Shown here piece by piece: positions 1-10,253 of a stretch of DNA of 64,000 bases. Below the pieces are notes generated by a model that saw nothing but the letters and a program-made list of their open reading frames with translations, made no database searches and was not told the DNA's origin. The DNA comes from a virus (lineage: Duplodnaviria; Caudoviricetes): positions 1 to 64,000 of IMG/VR virus record IMGVR_UViG_3300037067_027683. The stretch is one strand, 5' to 3'. Positions within the stretch are counted from its first letter, which is position 1. Each line of letters opens with the position of its first letter. The position numbers and the translations under genes are program-made.

Positions 1-692
1 AATTCAATGGCACACAAACAGAGATCCTACCAGACTGCAATATTGCCATAATCCGTGGTGATTCTGGCCCCTGTTCATGGATATATCAAACCAAACGTCT
101 TGATTACGATCAAGGAATGTTAAGTAGAATCGTTCCGTATATTATCTCAAGCAAAGCAGTAATCGACATAGGTGCCTTTGTTGGGTCACACACGTTCGCT
201 TACCTTAAACATTCACCATGTGTCATCTCATTTGAACCTAACCCATCGGCTTTTTCTTGTTTAAGTTATAATTGTCCTAAGGCAATTAAAATTAATATCG
301 CTCTCGGCGATAGGTTCAGAGAGCGATACTGGACCAGAATATACCCAAATTGCGGGGCGTCATACCTAGCTGATGAACCATCACCTGATTGTTTAACAGT
401 ACAAGTTAGACCACTTGATTCATTTAACCTATCGAACATCGGGTATATTAAAATTGACGCTGAAGGTGAAGAAATCAAGATACTCCATGGTGGGTATGAA
501 ACTATCAAGAAGAATAAACCAACTATGTGTATTGAAGTAAACGACGCTGCGCTAAAACGGACTGGAACGAGTAGACAGGAACTTTTGTCGTTACTCAATG
601 AATATGGGTATCATATTGAGCCAATTTATCCTGGTTCTGATGCTGGAGATCAGTGGGATGTTCTTGCCATCCACCTAGATGATTTGAGGTAA
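1..692 (+). CDS. FkbM-family SAM-dependent methyltransferase (5'-truncated by window edge)
   Basis: Motifs VIDIGAFVGSHT, SFEPNP, IKIDAEGEE. The frame is open from position 3 (FNGTQTEILPDCNIAIIRGDSGPCSWIY...), so the real start lies upstream of the window. Confidence 0.85.
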   Translation, partial: FNGTQTEILPDCNIAIIRGDSGPCSWIYQTKRLDYDQGMLSRIVPYIISSKAVIDIGAFVGSHTFAYLKHSPCVISFEPNPSAFSCLSYNCPKAIKINIALGDRFRERYWTRIYPNCGASYLADEPSPDCLTVQVRPLDSFNLSNIGYIKIDAEGEEIKILHGGYETIKKNKPTMCIEVNDAALKRTGTSRQELLSLLNEYGYHIEPIYPGSDAGDQWDVLAIHLDDLR

Positions 693-694
693 AC

Positions 695-1450
695 ATGCGC
701 ATAGATGCTTTCCTTCTCAATACCGAGTTAGACTTATTAGAATTCCGATTAAATGTCCTAGATCAAGTAATGGACCAATTTGTGATCGTAGAAAGCACCG
801 TCGAATTTTCAGGTAGACCCAAACCACTCTATTTTGCCGACAATAAAGAACGCTTTGCCCCGTGGAAAGACAAAATAAAGCATGTAGTCATCTCTGACAC
901 ACCCGACTCAGGATCAAATCGTTGGCCACGTGAATACTTCCAACGAGAAGCAATCATACGTGGACTTCGTGGTTGCAAGACCAACGACCTAGTATTCATG
1001 TCTGATGTTGATGAAATCCCAGACCCAGAAGCGGTAAAGATGAATAAACATGGCGGTTATCATCAGATTTATTCAATGTATTATGCCAATACTGTCTGTG
1101 CCACAGAAAATTGGGTTGGTACGACGGCATTATATTATTTTCAATATCAACACATTGGATGTCAGAAAGTTAGAAATGACAGATATTCTTTTCAGAGAGT
1201 CAATCCTGGTGGTTGGCATTTTGCTTACATGATGAATGTTCAACAAATTCATGAAAAATTGGGTGCTTTTGCTCACGCTGAACATGATACATCTCAAATT
1301 CACGCTAATATAGAAAAACGTATTTCTGAATTACGAGATTTATTTGGAGCACATCAAGAACCTCTTGAGATAACTAATATATCCGGATACTTTCCGAATT
1401 ATCTCAAAAATAACCACCACAAGTACAAAAGCTGGATTAGAAGCGTCTAG
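695..1450 (+). CDS. Glycosyltransferase family 17 (MGAT3/GnT-III-like)
   Basis: ELDLLEFRL, FVIVES..FSG.PKPL.F, REYFQREAI, SDVDEIP and GGWHF are the characteristic GT17 motifs. Confidence 0.85.
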   Translation: MRIDAFLLNTELDLLEFRLNVLDQVMDQFVIVESTVEFSGRPKPLYFADNKERFAPWKDKIKHVVISDTPDSGSNRWPREYFQREAIIRGLRGCKTNDLVFMSDVDEIPDPEAVKMNKHGGYHQIYSMYYANTVCATENWVGTTALYYFQYQHIGCQKVRNDRYSFQRVNPGGWHFAYMMNVQQIHEKLGAFAHAEHDTSQIHANIEKRISELRDLFGAHQEPLEITNISGYFPNYLKNNHHKYKSWIRSV

Positions 1451-2324
1451 ATGCTGTGTTTGGAACACCAATCTTTAATCATTTCTATACCCATTTCACC
1501 CAATCCAAATTTAGCTGCAACTTCTGGCGTAACTGATTTAGATATCCAAATAATGTCAAATTGTGGATTAATCATTGAATCTGCTAATATAACTTGTTTG
1601 CCTCGTGCTTTTTGGCGGAATAACTGCAATTCTTTTCGTTTATGCCACCAAGAGAAAGATACTGTCTCAGTGCAACTGAAACCACCATCCCATTCTGCTT
1701 TAAGATTGGTGCTAAGAATTTCGCGTTCTTTCTGAGACTCTATGTCTTTTTCTCCAAAAATCTTGATTTCTTCTTCAATGTCAAATTTGAAGTCAACATC
1801 ATAATTACAACAACTATTTTTAATGCTTTTGCACAGGCTTGATTAATATCTTCTTTGGTTACATTCTTTGGCCTCAAGATAATACAGTAGTCGCTGTATA
1901 TGGGGTAAAGTGCTGATCTCTTTTTCACTCCTTCGCTTATGGCCTCAACAATCTCTAGCCTAGACAGATCCTCAGATTCATTAATATGAATCCAAGCGTG
2001 TATCATAAATCCAGGTATTGCCAAATTAGAGAGGAACCCTTTTTCTCGATGTATGCCAATATCACCTGCTTTAATTAACTTCATTATAGTTAATGCTTCT
2101 TCTGCTGAAATTAGACGTTCTGAGGTATCCCATGTTATCCATGGGAAGTGGCTAATTCTTCTAATATCACCACCCCAAAATACTATTCTTCTCCAGGCGC
2201 GATGTAACCTAGTTTTCAAGCCAATATCATAATCTCTTCCACTTCTTAAAATATATAGAATCCATATCAACATAATAATTAAAAGTATCAAACTTATAAT
2301 GTTCGTCATAAAAGTTGCCTCCAT
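1447..2324 (-). pseudogene. YiiX/YebB-like permuted papain (NlpC/P60) peptidase with N-terminal TM helix, frameshifted near 1810
   Basis: ORF 1740-2324 has LIKAGDI, PGFMIHAWI (catalytic His) and IVEAISEGV. The expected YDxxF and F-x-C-x-E motifs continue in another frame (CNYDVDF...GFSCTE...) to the stop at 1447. Confidence 0.7.
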
Positions 2325-2337
2325 AGATAAATTTGAA

Positions 2338-2574
2338 ATGAAGATTCTAAAATGGCTAAAGAAAAAGCAGCCTAAGATAGAAATGGTTAGACTCTATAAT
2401 CTAATCATGCATCATACCAATGGAACTTCTATTGAAATTAACAATGTATCAGATCCATCTTTGAAGTTTATACAACAAAATATTGGTAGAGATGAGATAT
2501 ATATTCATGACACCATGTGTTTGAATTTACATGAATTTTATTTGATTGAATTTTCTATTAAAGATTCTAAATAA
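2338..2574 (+). CDS. Hypothetical protein
   Basis: Short ORF filling the gap. The ATG at 2338 avoids overlap with the divergent gene. Confidence 0.5.
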   Translation: MKILKWLKKKQPKIEMVRLYNLIMHHTNGTSIEINNVSDPSLKFIQQNIGRDEIYIHDTMCLNLHEFYLIEFSIKDSK

Positions 2575-2592
2575 AATATATGATAACCAACT

Positions 2593-2619
2593 TTGACATT
2601 CTGCACCTTGTGATACGAT
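2593..2619 (+). promoter_or_regulatory. Possible sigma70-like promoter
   Basis: TTGACA (2593-2598), a 15-nt spacer including TG, then TACGAT (2614-2619), upstream of AGGAGA and ATG 2638. The spacer is short. Confidence 0.4.
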
Positions 2620-2637
2620 CTAGATTAGGAGACACAC

Positions 2638-2958
2638 ATGAATCACATCTATTGTCGCAAGTGTAAGAAAAAACAACAGGTCATCGGGTTCCAAAGAGAT
2701 GACCCAATTCTTTGTTGTGGACATGTCAAAAAAAGCTCAATTCTTGATGATAGAATCAATGAATGCATGAAGATTTTCCAAAACATTTTTGATACTCTAC
2801 CTTCATTAGGGGAGGAGCAGATATCTTATTGTCCTATTTGTGACATGACAGTTTCTATTATGACTGATAAAGATGGAGTCCCTAGGTGTTGTGGTGACAT
2901 GATGACAAATCCAGGTTGTGGGTGTCCAGTATATCCTCATCTTACTTCTTCGACATAA
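2638..2958 (+). CDS. Cys-rich zinc-binding hypothetical protein
   Basis: CRKC, CPIC, CCG and CGCP motifs; good RBS. Confidence 0.6.
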   Translation: MNHIYCRKCKKKQQVIGFQRDDPILCCGHVKKSSILDDRINECMKIFQNIFDTLPSLGEEQISYCPICDMTVSIMTDKDGVPRCCGDMMTNPGCGCPVYPHLTSST

Positions 2959-5306
2959 GATAAATCTTCTGGTTTAGGTCCGGTCTTCTTAACTAGAATC
3001 TTAGTAGGGAATGCATCTCTCATTTCTTCTCGGTGTGAGATTACTAGAATAGTTCTCTGTTGATTTGAGTCTACAAATTCTTTGAATAATAAATTTACAA
3101 ATTCTTGCACACTACCGTCAAGCCTACCGTCAACTTCGTCAAACACCATGACGTTGCATTGTTGGTCATGTATTGACACATATAAGTCATGTTGCGCGAA
3201 CATGATTGCTAAGTCAATTTTTCTTCTTTCTCCGCCAGACCATAATTCATAAGGCCACAAAGAACATTTAATCTGTAAAAATGAATTAAATTCAATAGGA
3301 AAATTGCATCCCATTGCATTTAAATAATATCTAATTCTTTCATTGAAATATGGTATCATTTTGGTGAGAGTGTGGGCTTTGATTTTTCGTCTGTCCGAAT
3401 ATGCTGAACGAATATAGTCAAAATGTTTTAATAGAATATTATATTGTTCAACCCTTTTTTGAGCTATCAGTCTCTTATTCTTGACTTCTTCTAATTCTGT
3501 GTTTAGACCATCGATGATTTTAGTATATGGATTAACTTCGTTTTCTATTTCTACAATGCTATCGCGAATATTTTCTTTAATTTGTTGTCGTTGTTGTTGT
3601 AGATCGCCAATTGATGACTCATGTATTTCTATTTGTTTCTGCTTCGCGTCATATTGTTTTTTGGTAAGTTGAGCTTCTGACATAGTAATGGCTGGTTTAG
3701 TAGCGTGCGTATGTTCTTTCTTTATTATTAATTTCTTACTCTTTGATGTTAGCTCTTGACGTTGTTCAATTATTTCTTGGTCTAACTCTTTAATCTTATC
3801 TTTCCTGTTTTGTTCCTCGGTCATTATTATGTTGATTTTAGAAAGAAGTTCTTGTTTCCTATTAGCTAGTTTTCCTAACGATTCGGTGTTTTGTCTTCGT
3901 ATTTTCTCAGATAGTTCAGCTTCGTCTACGGTAACTTCAGGTTCGATTCTTTTTGCTAATAACCCATCTCTCATATTAATGCATTGTGACAATTCACTTT
4001 GTTTTGATGCGACGTTGGTTTTTAATACGTTTAGTTTTTCTTGTAATGGATTTTCTAATGAATGGACATGCTCCCCCTGGATCGGTTGCTTACATGTGGG
4101 GCATATAGTTCCTTTTTGTTTTTCTAGATGTTCTATCTCATTTGTGATTTGTTCCGTGTTTGATTTTAATCTTATTAATTCATTGTTGACTTCTATAATT
4201 TCGTCTCGCAAAGTTGTTATATTAGTGTCTATCTCTTCTATGATTGCCCATGTTTTCCGTATATTGTCTAGGTTATATGGTATAATTTCGTTCAATCGTT
4301 TGGTGGTTTCTTTGATTTGTATTTCGACTGAATCAATTTCTGCGTGTGTCTCTTCCTGTCCATTGATTTGTGATTCAAGTATTGTCTTTTTAGTTTCTAA
4401 CCCAGTAATTTCTTTTTCCGTCGATTGTAAGTTTTCGGCTTCTTGATTAATGGTGTCAATTCGTTGTTGATATTCATCCCAATCTTTTTCTAGTTTGACT
4501 AAATCATAAGTTCTAATTTCGGATAATTCTTTTCTTATGATGGTGATTAATTCCTGTGTCGATTTAATCTTCGTCTCAAATTGTTTGTCAATCAACAATA
4601 TATCATCATGATATTTAGTAATTCTATTTTTTCTTGTTTTTTCAAAATTCGATTGTTCATCGTTGTTGCTTTCAATTGTTTTACTTAATCGCAATACTTC
4701 TTGCTCGTAGGAAGCCGTCTCGGTCACATATTTGGTCTGATCTAACTCTACTGTTTGACATTTCTCCTTCGCAACTTCTGCATAAAAGTCAAATTTGGTT
4801 AATCCCAATAATCGTTCTAGCATTTTCTTTCTTTTAGTGTCTGGTAATTCAAGAAATGGTTTACCAAACTGCGCAAAAAACACGCTTGCTGAAAATATTT
4901 CATAATCTAACCCAAATAACTTATTGAGATGTTGTTGTGCATTTTGATTTGTAGAGTCAGAAACGTCAGTCCCATTTGGGTGGTGAATGAATAGGTCATT
5001 GTGTCCATTTACTCCTCTTGTTCTAGTTATAGTATATCCTTCGATAGTCTCAATTTTAACAACACAATTACAACCTGTGAAATGATTTATAACATTGTCG
5101 GCAGGTTTGTCCTTACTTGGTAATCTACCAAATAATACCCAGGTTATTGCGTCAGCAATCGAACTTTTGCCCGCCCCACAGGAAAGGTTGGTCCCCTCGA
5201 TTAAGCCCATGATAAAGACTGGACCTAGGCCATATAAATTGACCACTGTGTCATAATCACCATATGATCTGAAATTTCTTATTGTGAGTGTTTTGAGATT
5301 AAGCAT
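2937..5306 (-). CDS. SbcC/Rad50/T4 gp46-like recombination ATPase
   Basis: IRNFRSY, Walker A GAGKSS, long coiled coil with CPTC zinc hook, signature WSGGE, Walker B VFDE, VISH. Confidence 0.95.
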   Translation of the reverse strand: MLNLKTLTIRNFRSYGDYDTVVNLYGLGPVFIMGLIEGTNLSCGAGKSSIADAITWVLFGRLPSKDKPADNVINHFTGCNCVVKIETIEGYTITRTRGVNGHNDLFIHHPNGTDVSDSTNQNAQQHLNKLFGLDYEIFSASVFFAQFGKPFLELPDTKRKKMLERLLGLTKFDFYAEVAKEKCQTVELDQTKYVTETASYEQEVLRLSKTIESNNDEQSNFEKTRKNRITKYHDDILLIDKQFETKIKSTQELITIIRKELSEIRTYDLVKLEKDWDEYQQRIDTINQEAENLQSTEKEITGLETKKTILESQINGQEETHAEIDSVEIQIKETTKRLNEIIPYNLDNIRKTWAIIEEIDTNITTLRDEIIEVNNELIRLKSNTEQITNEIEHLEKQKGTICPTCKQPIQGEHVHSLENPLQEKLNVLKTNVASKQSELSQCINMRDGLLAKRIEPEVTVDEAELSEKIRRQNTESLGKLANRKQELLSKINIIMTEEQNRKDKIKELDQEIIEQRQELTSKSKKLIIKKEHTHATKPAITMSEAQLTKKQYDAKQKQIEIHESSIGDLQQQRQQIKENIRDSIVEIENEVNPYTKIIDGLNTELEEVKNKRLIAQKRVEQYNILLKHFDYIRSAYSDRRKIKAHTLTKMIPYFNERIRYYLNAMGCNFPIEFNSFLQIKCSLWPYELWSGGERRKIDLAIMFAQHDLYVSIHDQQCNVMVFDEVDGRLDGSVQEFVNLLFKEFVDSNQQRTILVISHREEMRDAFPTKILVKKTGPKPEDLSYVEEVR

Positions 5307-6382
5307 TATTCTTGATCTTCCTCAACAACATATCGTTCTTCGGCCTCTTGTGCGATCTGTTTGAACGCGGCTAACAACACATTTTTATCTAGATCCGGTT
5401 TATCTGTCTCCAACCAAGAGGAGAATAAATTTTCTGGTGTATTGATTTCAGATAGTTTAAGTTGTGATGTTGTGATTTCTTGAATTTCTTTCTTTGGTAG
5501 CATCCAATCTACACTTAATGCACCACGTTTCTTGAGTGCATCTTTTAAAGTAATCATTTCATTGTGGGTGTAATCTTTACTTAAGATTATTCTAACATGA
5601 TTCTTATCTAGGAATGATGCGTATTTCGGTATGTCGTCATCTACAATCATTAGGAATTTCGGTGGTCTATCTTTTTCATTAGACAATTCGAATATATTAA
5701 TGAATTCATGTGTTTCATTTTCGATATCATAGACTAGAAAGCCATGGTCCACAACACCTTCGTCGAATCTGAATGGTATTGGACTACCTGGATACCATGT
5801 TTTGTCCCCAACTTGTTGATGACAATGGAAATGACCTGTGTAAATTCTTTTGAATTTAACATCATCAAATGTAATTGTATTCCAATTCTTGACCAAGAAA
5901 CACTCGTTGAGTGTTGCACCGTGAACTCCGACATGGGTAAGGAGTATATCATCGGAACTTGATTCCTCATTGATTTTAGATAATATCTTCATATATTCGG
6001 ACTCATAATGTATGAAAGGTATTACTTTGAATACTTGTTTACCAATTTCAAATTGGCCAGTTCCTTCGAAGATTTGCATGAAATCACCAAAAATATGTAA
6101 TGTATTAATACCCCAAGAATTTTTCAAGAACATGTCATGATTACCAGGAAATACTATCCATTTTTGACCATGTTTTGTGTGATATTCTTTGATTTTGTCA
6201 TAAACGAGACTAGCTGTCTCGATGTTTAGGTTTACACGATCATGGAAGAGATCTCCGAGAATGATGACTGTGTGAATGTCGTTGGTCCGTGCATAATTAC
6301 TAATGGTGTCCATGGACCAGAGGCAATCATGGAGCTTTCCAGGTAAGCCGTTGTGGATATCAGCGGTTATGATAATTCGCAT
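5306..6382 (-). CDS. SbcD/Mre11/T4 gp47-like metallophosphoesterase nuclease
   Basis: ADIH, GDLFH, GNHD, GHFH and YPGSP motifs; coupled to the gp46 gene. Confidence 0.95.
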   Translation of the reverse strand: MRIIITADIHNGLPGKLHDCLWSMDTISNYARTNDIHTVIILGDLFHDRVNLNIETASLVYDKIKEYHTKHGQKWIVFPGNHDMFLKNSWGINTLHIFGDFMQIFEGTGQFEIGKQVFKVIPFIHYESEYMKILSKINEESSSDDILLTHVGVHGATLNECFLVKNWNTITFDDVKFKRIYTGHFHCHQQVGDKTWYPGSPIPFRFDEGVVDHGFLVYDIENETHEFINIFELSNEKDRPPKFLMIVDDDIPKYASFLDKNHVRIILSKDYTHNEMITLKDALKKRGALSVDWMLPKKEIQEITTSQLKLSEINTPENLFSSWLETDKPDLDKNVLLAAFKQIAQEAEERYVVEEDQE

Positions 6383-6396
6383 TTGGGTGAAATACT

Positions 6397-6912
6397 ATGG
6401 ATGTTGCTGAAGTTAATAGGCTAACCAATTCATTGTTAGTAGAGAAGTATTGTGTTCAAAATATACGTGTTAATGTGATAGAAATCAAGAATAATGGTAG
6501 AGACAATATTCCAGTGCATTATGACGATAATCGTGTGGAATATTGTCTAGGTAGACGCAATGGATTCACTATCGAGTGCGCCATAATTGATAATGATTAT
6601 AGATACAACATATCTTTTCATTGTTGGGTTAGAGAATTTGGTCAACCATTATTGAGCAATCTCTTAGCAGAAGGTATAGCTGGAGCCATTGCTAATTATA
6701 TAACCATTAGGGATTGTAGTTATACATCAAACGCTCTGCGCCTTAGTGCTCAACAGATTGAAGTGCAACCTATAGACTTCGTATCAAATATTGCGTTAAC
6801 GAATTTGGCACCTACCAGTCTGGGGGCACCTAGTCATAAGGTAGTTAAGACATTAGAATCCAGCATACCAGAGTCGTTCAACGAATTAGGAGAGAGAAAA
6901 CTAGACCTATGA
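6397..6912 (+). CDS. Hypothetical protein (C-terminal ELGERKLDL)
   Basis: 171-aa ORF overlapping the helicase start by 4 nt. Confidence 0.6.
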   Translation: MDVAEVNRLTNSLLVEKYCVQNIRVNVIEIKNNGRDNIPVHYDDNRVEYCLGRRNGFTIECAIIDNDYRYNISFHCWVREFGQPLLSNLLAEGIAGAIANYITIRDCSYTSNALRLSAQQIEVQPIDFVSNIALTNLAPTSLGAPSHKVVKTLESSIPESFNELGERKLDL

Positions 6913-9590
6913 ATGCTGACATCACGTTGATTGATGACTATTTCCCCTTGCCTGATTATAGGCAAGGACAAAAAGAAGTAATTCAGAGAATTCTCGAATA
7001 CTTCAATAGTGGTAGTCGTTTCGTTCTATTGGAAGGTCCGACTGGGTGCGGCAAATCAGCCATAGGTTATACTTTGGCGCAATTCGCAAAAAATACTTAT
7101 TATCTAGCGCCACAAAAATTTCTACAAGATCAAATTACAGCCGATTTTGGTGAAAATGGTAGATGTCTTGGTGGCCATGTACCAATGATAGATCTAAAGG
7201 GCCGTAATGCGTATCCTTGTGTCTTCTATGACATGATGTTAGAAAAGGAGTTGACTGCTGAAAAACGCGTAGAATATCAGAATAAACAGGCGAAACATTT
7301 TGGTTGTGATCGAGGTGAATGTAAAAGTCGTGGTGAGTCGAAATTACTTGAATGCGTAGAAAATTGCCCCTATTTTATCCAACTTCATAAAGCCATGAAT
7401 GCTCAGATATGCTTAATGAATTTCCATTCATTTTTGTTCCAATCTAGTATTGTCCCGAACTTCCATAAGAGAGAACTACTGATTATTGACGAATGCATGC
7501 ATCCACTGACTAACATTACTACTGATATTGGGAGTATCGAGATTGGTAAGCTGGTAAACCACAAAATTAATTGTAAGGTTCTTTCTTTTAATAAGAATAC
7601 AGGGGTGATTGAATATAAACCAATCGTCCGATATTTAAAACGCAATAATCAGATGACCTATAAGATAGTTGCTGGGAGCAGAGCTTTTTATGCTACATTA
7701 GATCATAAAATTTATACTCCGTTTGGTTTAACTAAACTTCGAAATTTGCATGCTGGCGACTTGGTAATCATCAACAAATGTGAAATCAATAAATTTCAAC
7801 AACAAATTATTTTGGGTAGTTTACTCGGAGATTCTAGTCTTCATGTTATTAAGAGAATTAAAAAAAACAGATTCAAAGGGCCATGTGCCAGAGTTAAATT
7901 TCAGCATGGCCCTAAACAATTTCGATATTTAGATTGGAAATACAATATTATGTCTGAACATGTACGAACACCACCCAAAACAATGGTAAATGCGGGCTTC
8001 ACGAAAACTATTCGTAGATTTAGTACCAAATGTTACTTATATGAATATGTGAAAACAACCTTAATCAATAATAAAAAACACCCGAATCTTAAATGGTTGA
8101 ATCAAATTAATGATTTTGGATTGGCTATTTGGTATATGGACGATGGATCACAAAGTAATGGTGTTGTTCATTTCCACACTGAGGGATACACTAAGCACGA
8201 AAATTTCATAATTAAATCTTGGTTACGTAGCCTTGGTTTCCCCGCAAGGGTCTTAAGTTATTCGAAAAGAAAACACAAATTATATTACATATCAATTGGT
8301 AGAGATGGTGCTAGAAAGTTGGCCAAACGAATAGCACAATTCGTGCCAGATTTTATGAGATACAAACTACCACTTGGTGATTGGGATTTATATGACGTAT
8401 CAATTGAGAATATTAGATCAAAACCAGTAAGTTATCAACCAATTGTGAAAATCGAACCCTTTAAACAAAGTATTACATATGATTTAGAAATTGCCGATAA
8501 TCACAATTATTTTGCTGGGTCAACATTGGTTTCTAATTGTCATGTGTCAGAAGATGTTCTTCTTAAATTTATTGAATTGAGAATTTCTGATAGATCTCTC
8601 ATTAATAAGGGTATCTATTTCCCTAAATTAGAAACCGTCGAACAATATATCGAATATTTAGAAGAAATCAATCTAGAAGAGATTATTCGTGAGCAAATTA
8701 ACCTAGCTAGATTCGAAGATCGTCCAAAAGATGAGGATGAGTGGATGTCCCTCCAGATTAAGTATGGTATTATGACTGATTCAGATCCGAGTAGATGGAT
8801 TTGTCAATGGGAGGAAGTATCATCTAAGGCTTCTCGTACGATTTCATTAAAGCCAATATTTGTAGACGATTTTGCTGAGAAATATCTTTTTAACATGGCA
8901 GATCATGTTTTATTAATGAGTGCCACGATCTTATCGAGGACCGCAATGTGTGATGCTCTTGGTATGGATAGAGACACCACAAAAATGATAAAACTTCCAT
9001 GTTTCTTCCCAGTTGAGAATCGTCCGATTAATTTTAGACCTAGCGGGTATATGAGTTACAATGAAAAAGCAAAAACTCTACCTAAGTTGGCAAAAGATGT
9101 CGATTCTCTTTGTCGTTTCCATGGCAATGAACGTGGAATTATCCATACACATAATTTCGAGATTTGTCAATACTTATTAGAGCATTGTGCCATTGACGTT
9201 AGCTCTAGGTTTCTTTATCAGCGCCATATGGATTTTGATGGTGATAAAAATGCATTACTTGAGAGACATAAATCATCAACCAACACTGTAATAATAGCTC
9301 CTGCAATGCATGAGGGTTTAGACCTTAAAGATGATTTGGGTAAATTTCAAATCATTTGTAAAGTACCTTATCCTTCTAAAGGAGATCCACAAATTTCGGC
9401 CCGAATGGAAGTTTCAAAAGAATATTATGATTGGAGAACTGCCTGTAAATTGGTCCAATCCACCGGCAGAATTATTAGACACGAGAATGATAGTGGTGTA
9501 ACTTACGTACTAGATGAAGATTTCAGGAGATTTTTTAATCGTGCTAAAAATATGTTGCCAAGTTGGTGGAGAGACTCAGTTATTTGGTAA
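6909..9590 (+). CDS. DinG/XPD (Rad3)-like SF2 helicase, intein-containing
   Basis: Q-motif YRQGQ, Walker A GPTGCGKS, KGRNAYPC plus Cys cluster (Fe-S), DE|CH motif II split by the intein, MSATI, EGLD, QSTGRIIRHEND. Confidence 0.9.
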   Translation: MNADITLIDDYFPLPDYRQGQKEVIQRILEYFNSGSRFVLLEGPTGCGKSAIGYTLAQFAKNTYYLAPQKFLQDQITADFGENGRCLGGHVPMIDLKGRNAYPCVFYDMMLEKELTAEKRVEYQNKQAKHFGCDRGECKSRGESKLLECVENCPYFIQLHKAMNAQICLMNFHSFLFQSSIVPNFHKRELLIIDECMHPLTNITTDIGSIEIGKLVNHKINCKVLSFNKNTGVIEYKPIVRYLKRNNQMTYKIVAGSRAFYATLDHKIYTPFGLTKLRNLHAGDLVIINKCEINKFQQQIILGSLLGDSSLHVIKRIKKNRFKGPCARVKFQHGPKQFRYLDWKYNIMSEHVRTPPKTMVNAGFTKTIRRFSTKCYLYEYVKTTLINNKKHPNLKWLNQINDFGLAIWYMDDGSQSNGVVHFHTEGYTKHENFIIKSWLRSLGFPARVLSYSKRKHKLYYISIGRDGARKLAKRIAQFVPDFMRYKLPLGDWDLYDVSIENIRSKPVSYQPIVKIEPFKQSITYDLEIADNHNYFAGSTLVSNCHVSEDVLLKFIELRISDRSLINKGIYFPKLETVEQYIEYLEEINLEEIIREQINLARFEDRPKDEDEWMSLQIKYGIMTDSDPSRWICQWEEVSSKASRTISLKPIFVDDFAEKYLFNMADHVLLMSATILSRTAMCDALGMDRDTTKMIKLPCFFPVENRPINFRPSGYMSYNEKAKTLPKLAKDVDSLCRFHGNERGIIHTHNFEICQYLLEHCAIDVSSRFLYQRHMDFDGDKNALLERHKSSTNTVIIAPAMHEGLDLKDDLGKFQIICKVPYPSKGDPQISARMEVSKEYYDWRTACKLVQSTGRIIRHENDSGVTYVLDEDFRRFFNRAKNMLPSWWRDSVIW
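7494..8537 (+). mobile_element. Intein (348 aa) with LAGLIDADG homing endonuclease
   Basis: Starts CMHPLT directly after IIDE. Block B ATLDHKI; LAGLIDADG-like ILGSLLGDSS and LAIWYMDDG; block F/G TYDLEIADNHNYFAGSTLVSN followed by extein Cys. Confidence 0.92.
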
Positions 9591-10239
9591 TATCACTTAA
9601 TTCTTTTGGCAATATGATTTTGTTTTGTGTCTGGTCATAATCAACGACCTCTTCAGCAGTGTCACTATATCCAGACATCTGTTTGGCTATGTCTTTGGTT
9701 GATGCTAATACATCTAATTCTGTGCTGGCGTTTATGTAGATTCTATCTATCGCATCAACATCGGAATCAATAATATCTAACATTTTTCCATAAGACTTAT
9801 AATTGATGCCATAACAGTGTGTTTTAAGAGTGCCTTCTACATATTTTAGATTACTAGTTACGTCTTTGGTTTTGTTGCGACCGCAACAAGATTGGTAGTA
9901 GAAAAATAATAGATCCCATCTTTGGATATTAGCTAAGTCTGTCATTATCAATTCTGATGTTATATTGAAATCATCAGTAAAACAACAGTCATCTTCTATT
10001 ATTAATATGTTTTTAATTTCCTCGTCCAATGCTTTTTGTATGATGGCCCTATGACTAAGGACGCATCCCCTATGTCCTATTGAACTGAATGTTAATTTTT
10101 CTGTTGGCTCTAAAGCCGTGAATCTTTCTGTGTCTAGGCCGATTTTCTTTAATTCTGATCCAATATGAATTTTCCTATCTGTTCTATGATCTAAATTTAT
10201 GTAAATTGCTTTTTGGAATGTTTTAAGTAGTGGGTGCAT
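9580..10239 (-). CDS. Glycosyltransferase family 25
   Basis: YINLDHRTDR, GCVLSH, ILIIEDD, THCYGI. The start at 10239 has a GGAG RBS. Confidence 0.88.
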   Translation of the reverse strand: MHPLLKTFQKAIYINLDHRTDRKIHIGSELKKIGLDTERFTALEPTEKLTFSSIGHRGCVLSHRAIIQKALDEEIKNILIIEDDCCFTDDFNITSELIMTDLANIQRWDLLFFYYQSCCGRNKTKDVTSNLKYVEGTLKTHCYGINYKSYGKMLDIIDSDVDAIDRIYINASTELDVLASTKDIAKQMSGYSDTAEEVVDYDQTQNKIILPKELSDITK

Positions 10240-10253
10240 TTTTGTCTCCGATA

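Noticed and set aside
3481-4837. Plus-strand ORFs inside gp46 (and similar antisense ORFs inside tape measure, SSB, gp5 and dnaE)
   Set aside because: Antisense or alternate-frame shadows of well-supported genes, with Ser/Phe/Leu-rich shadow composition.
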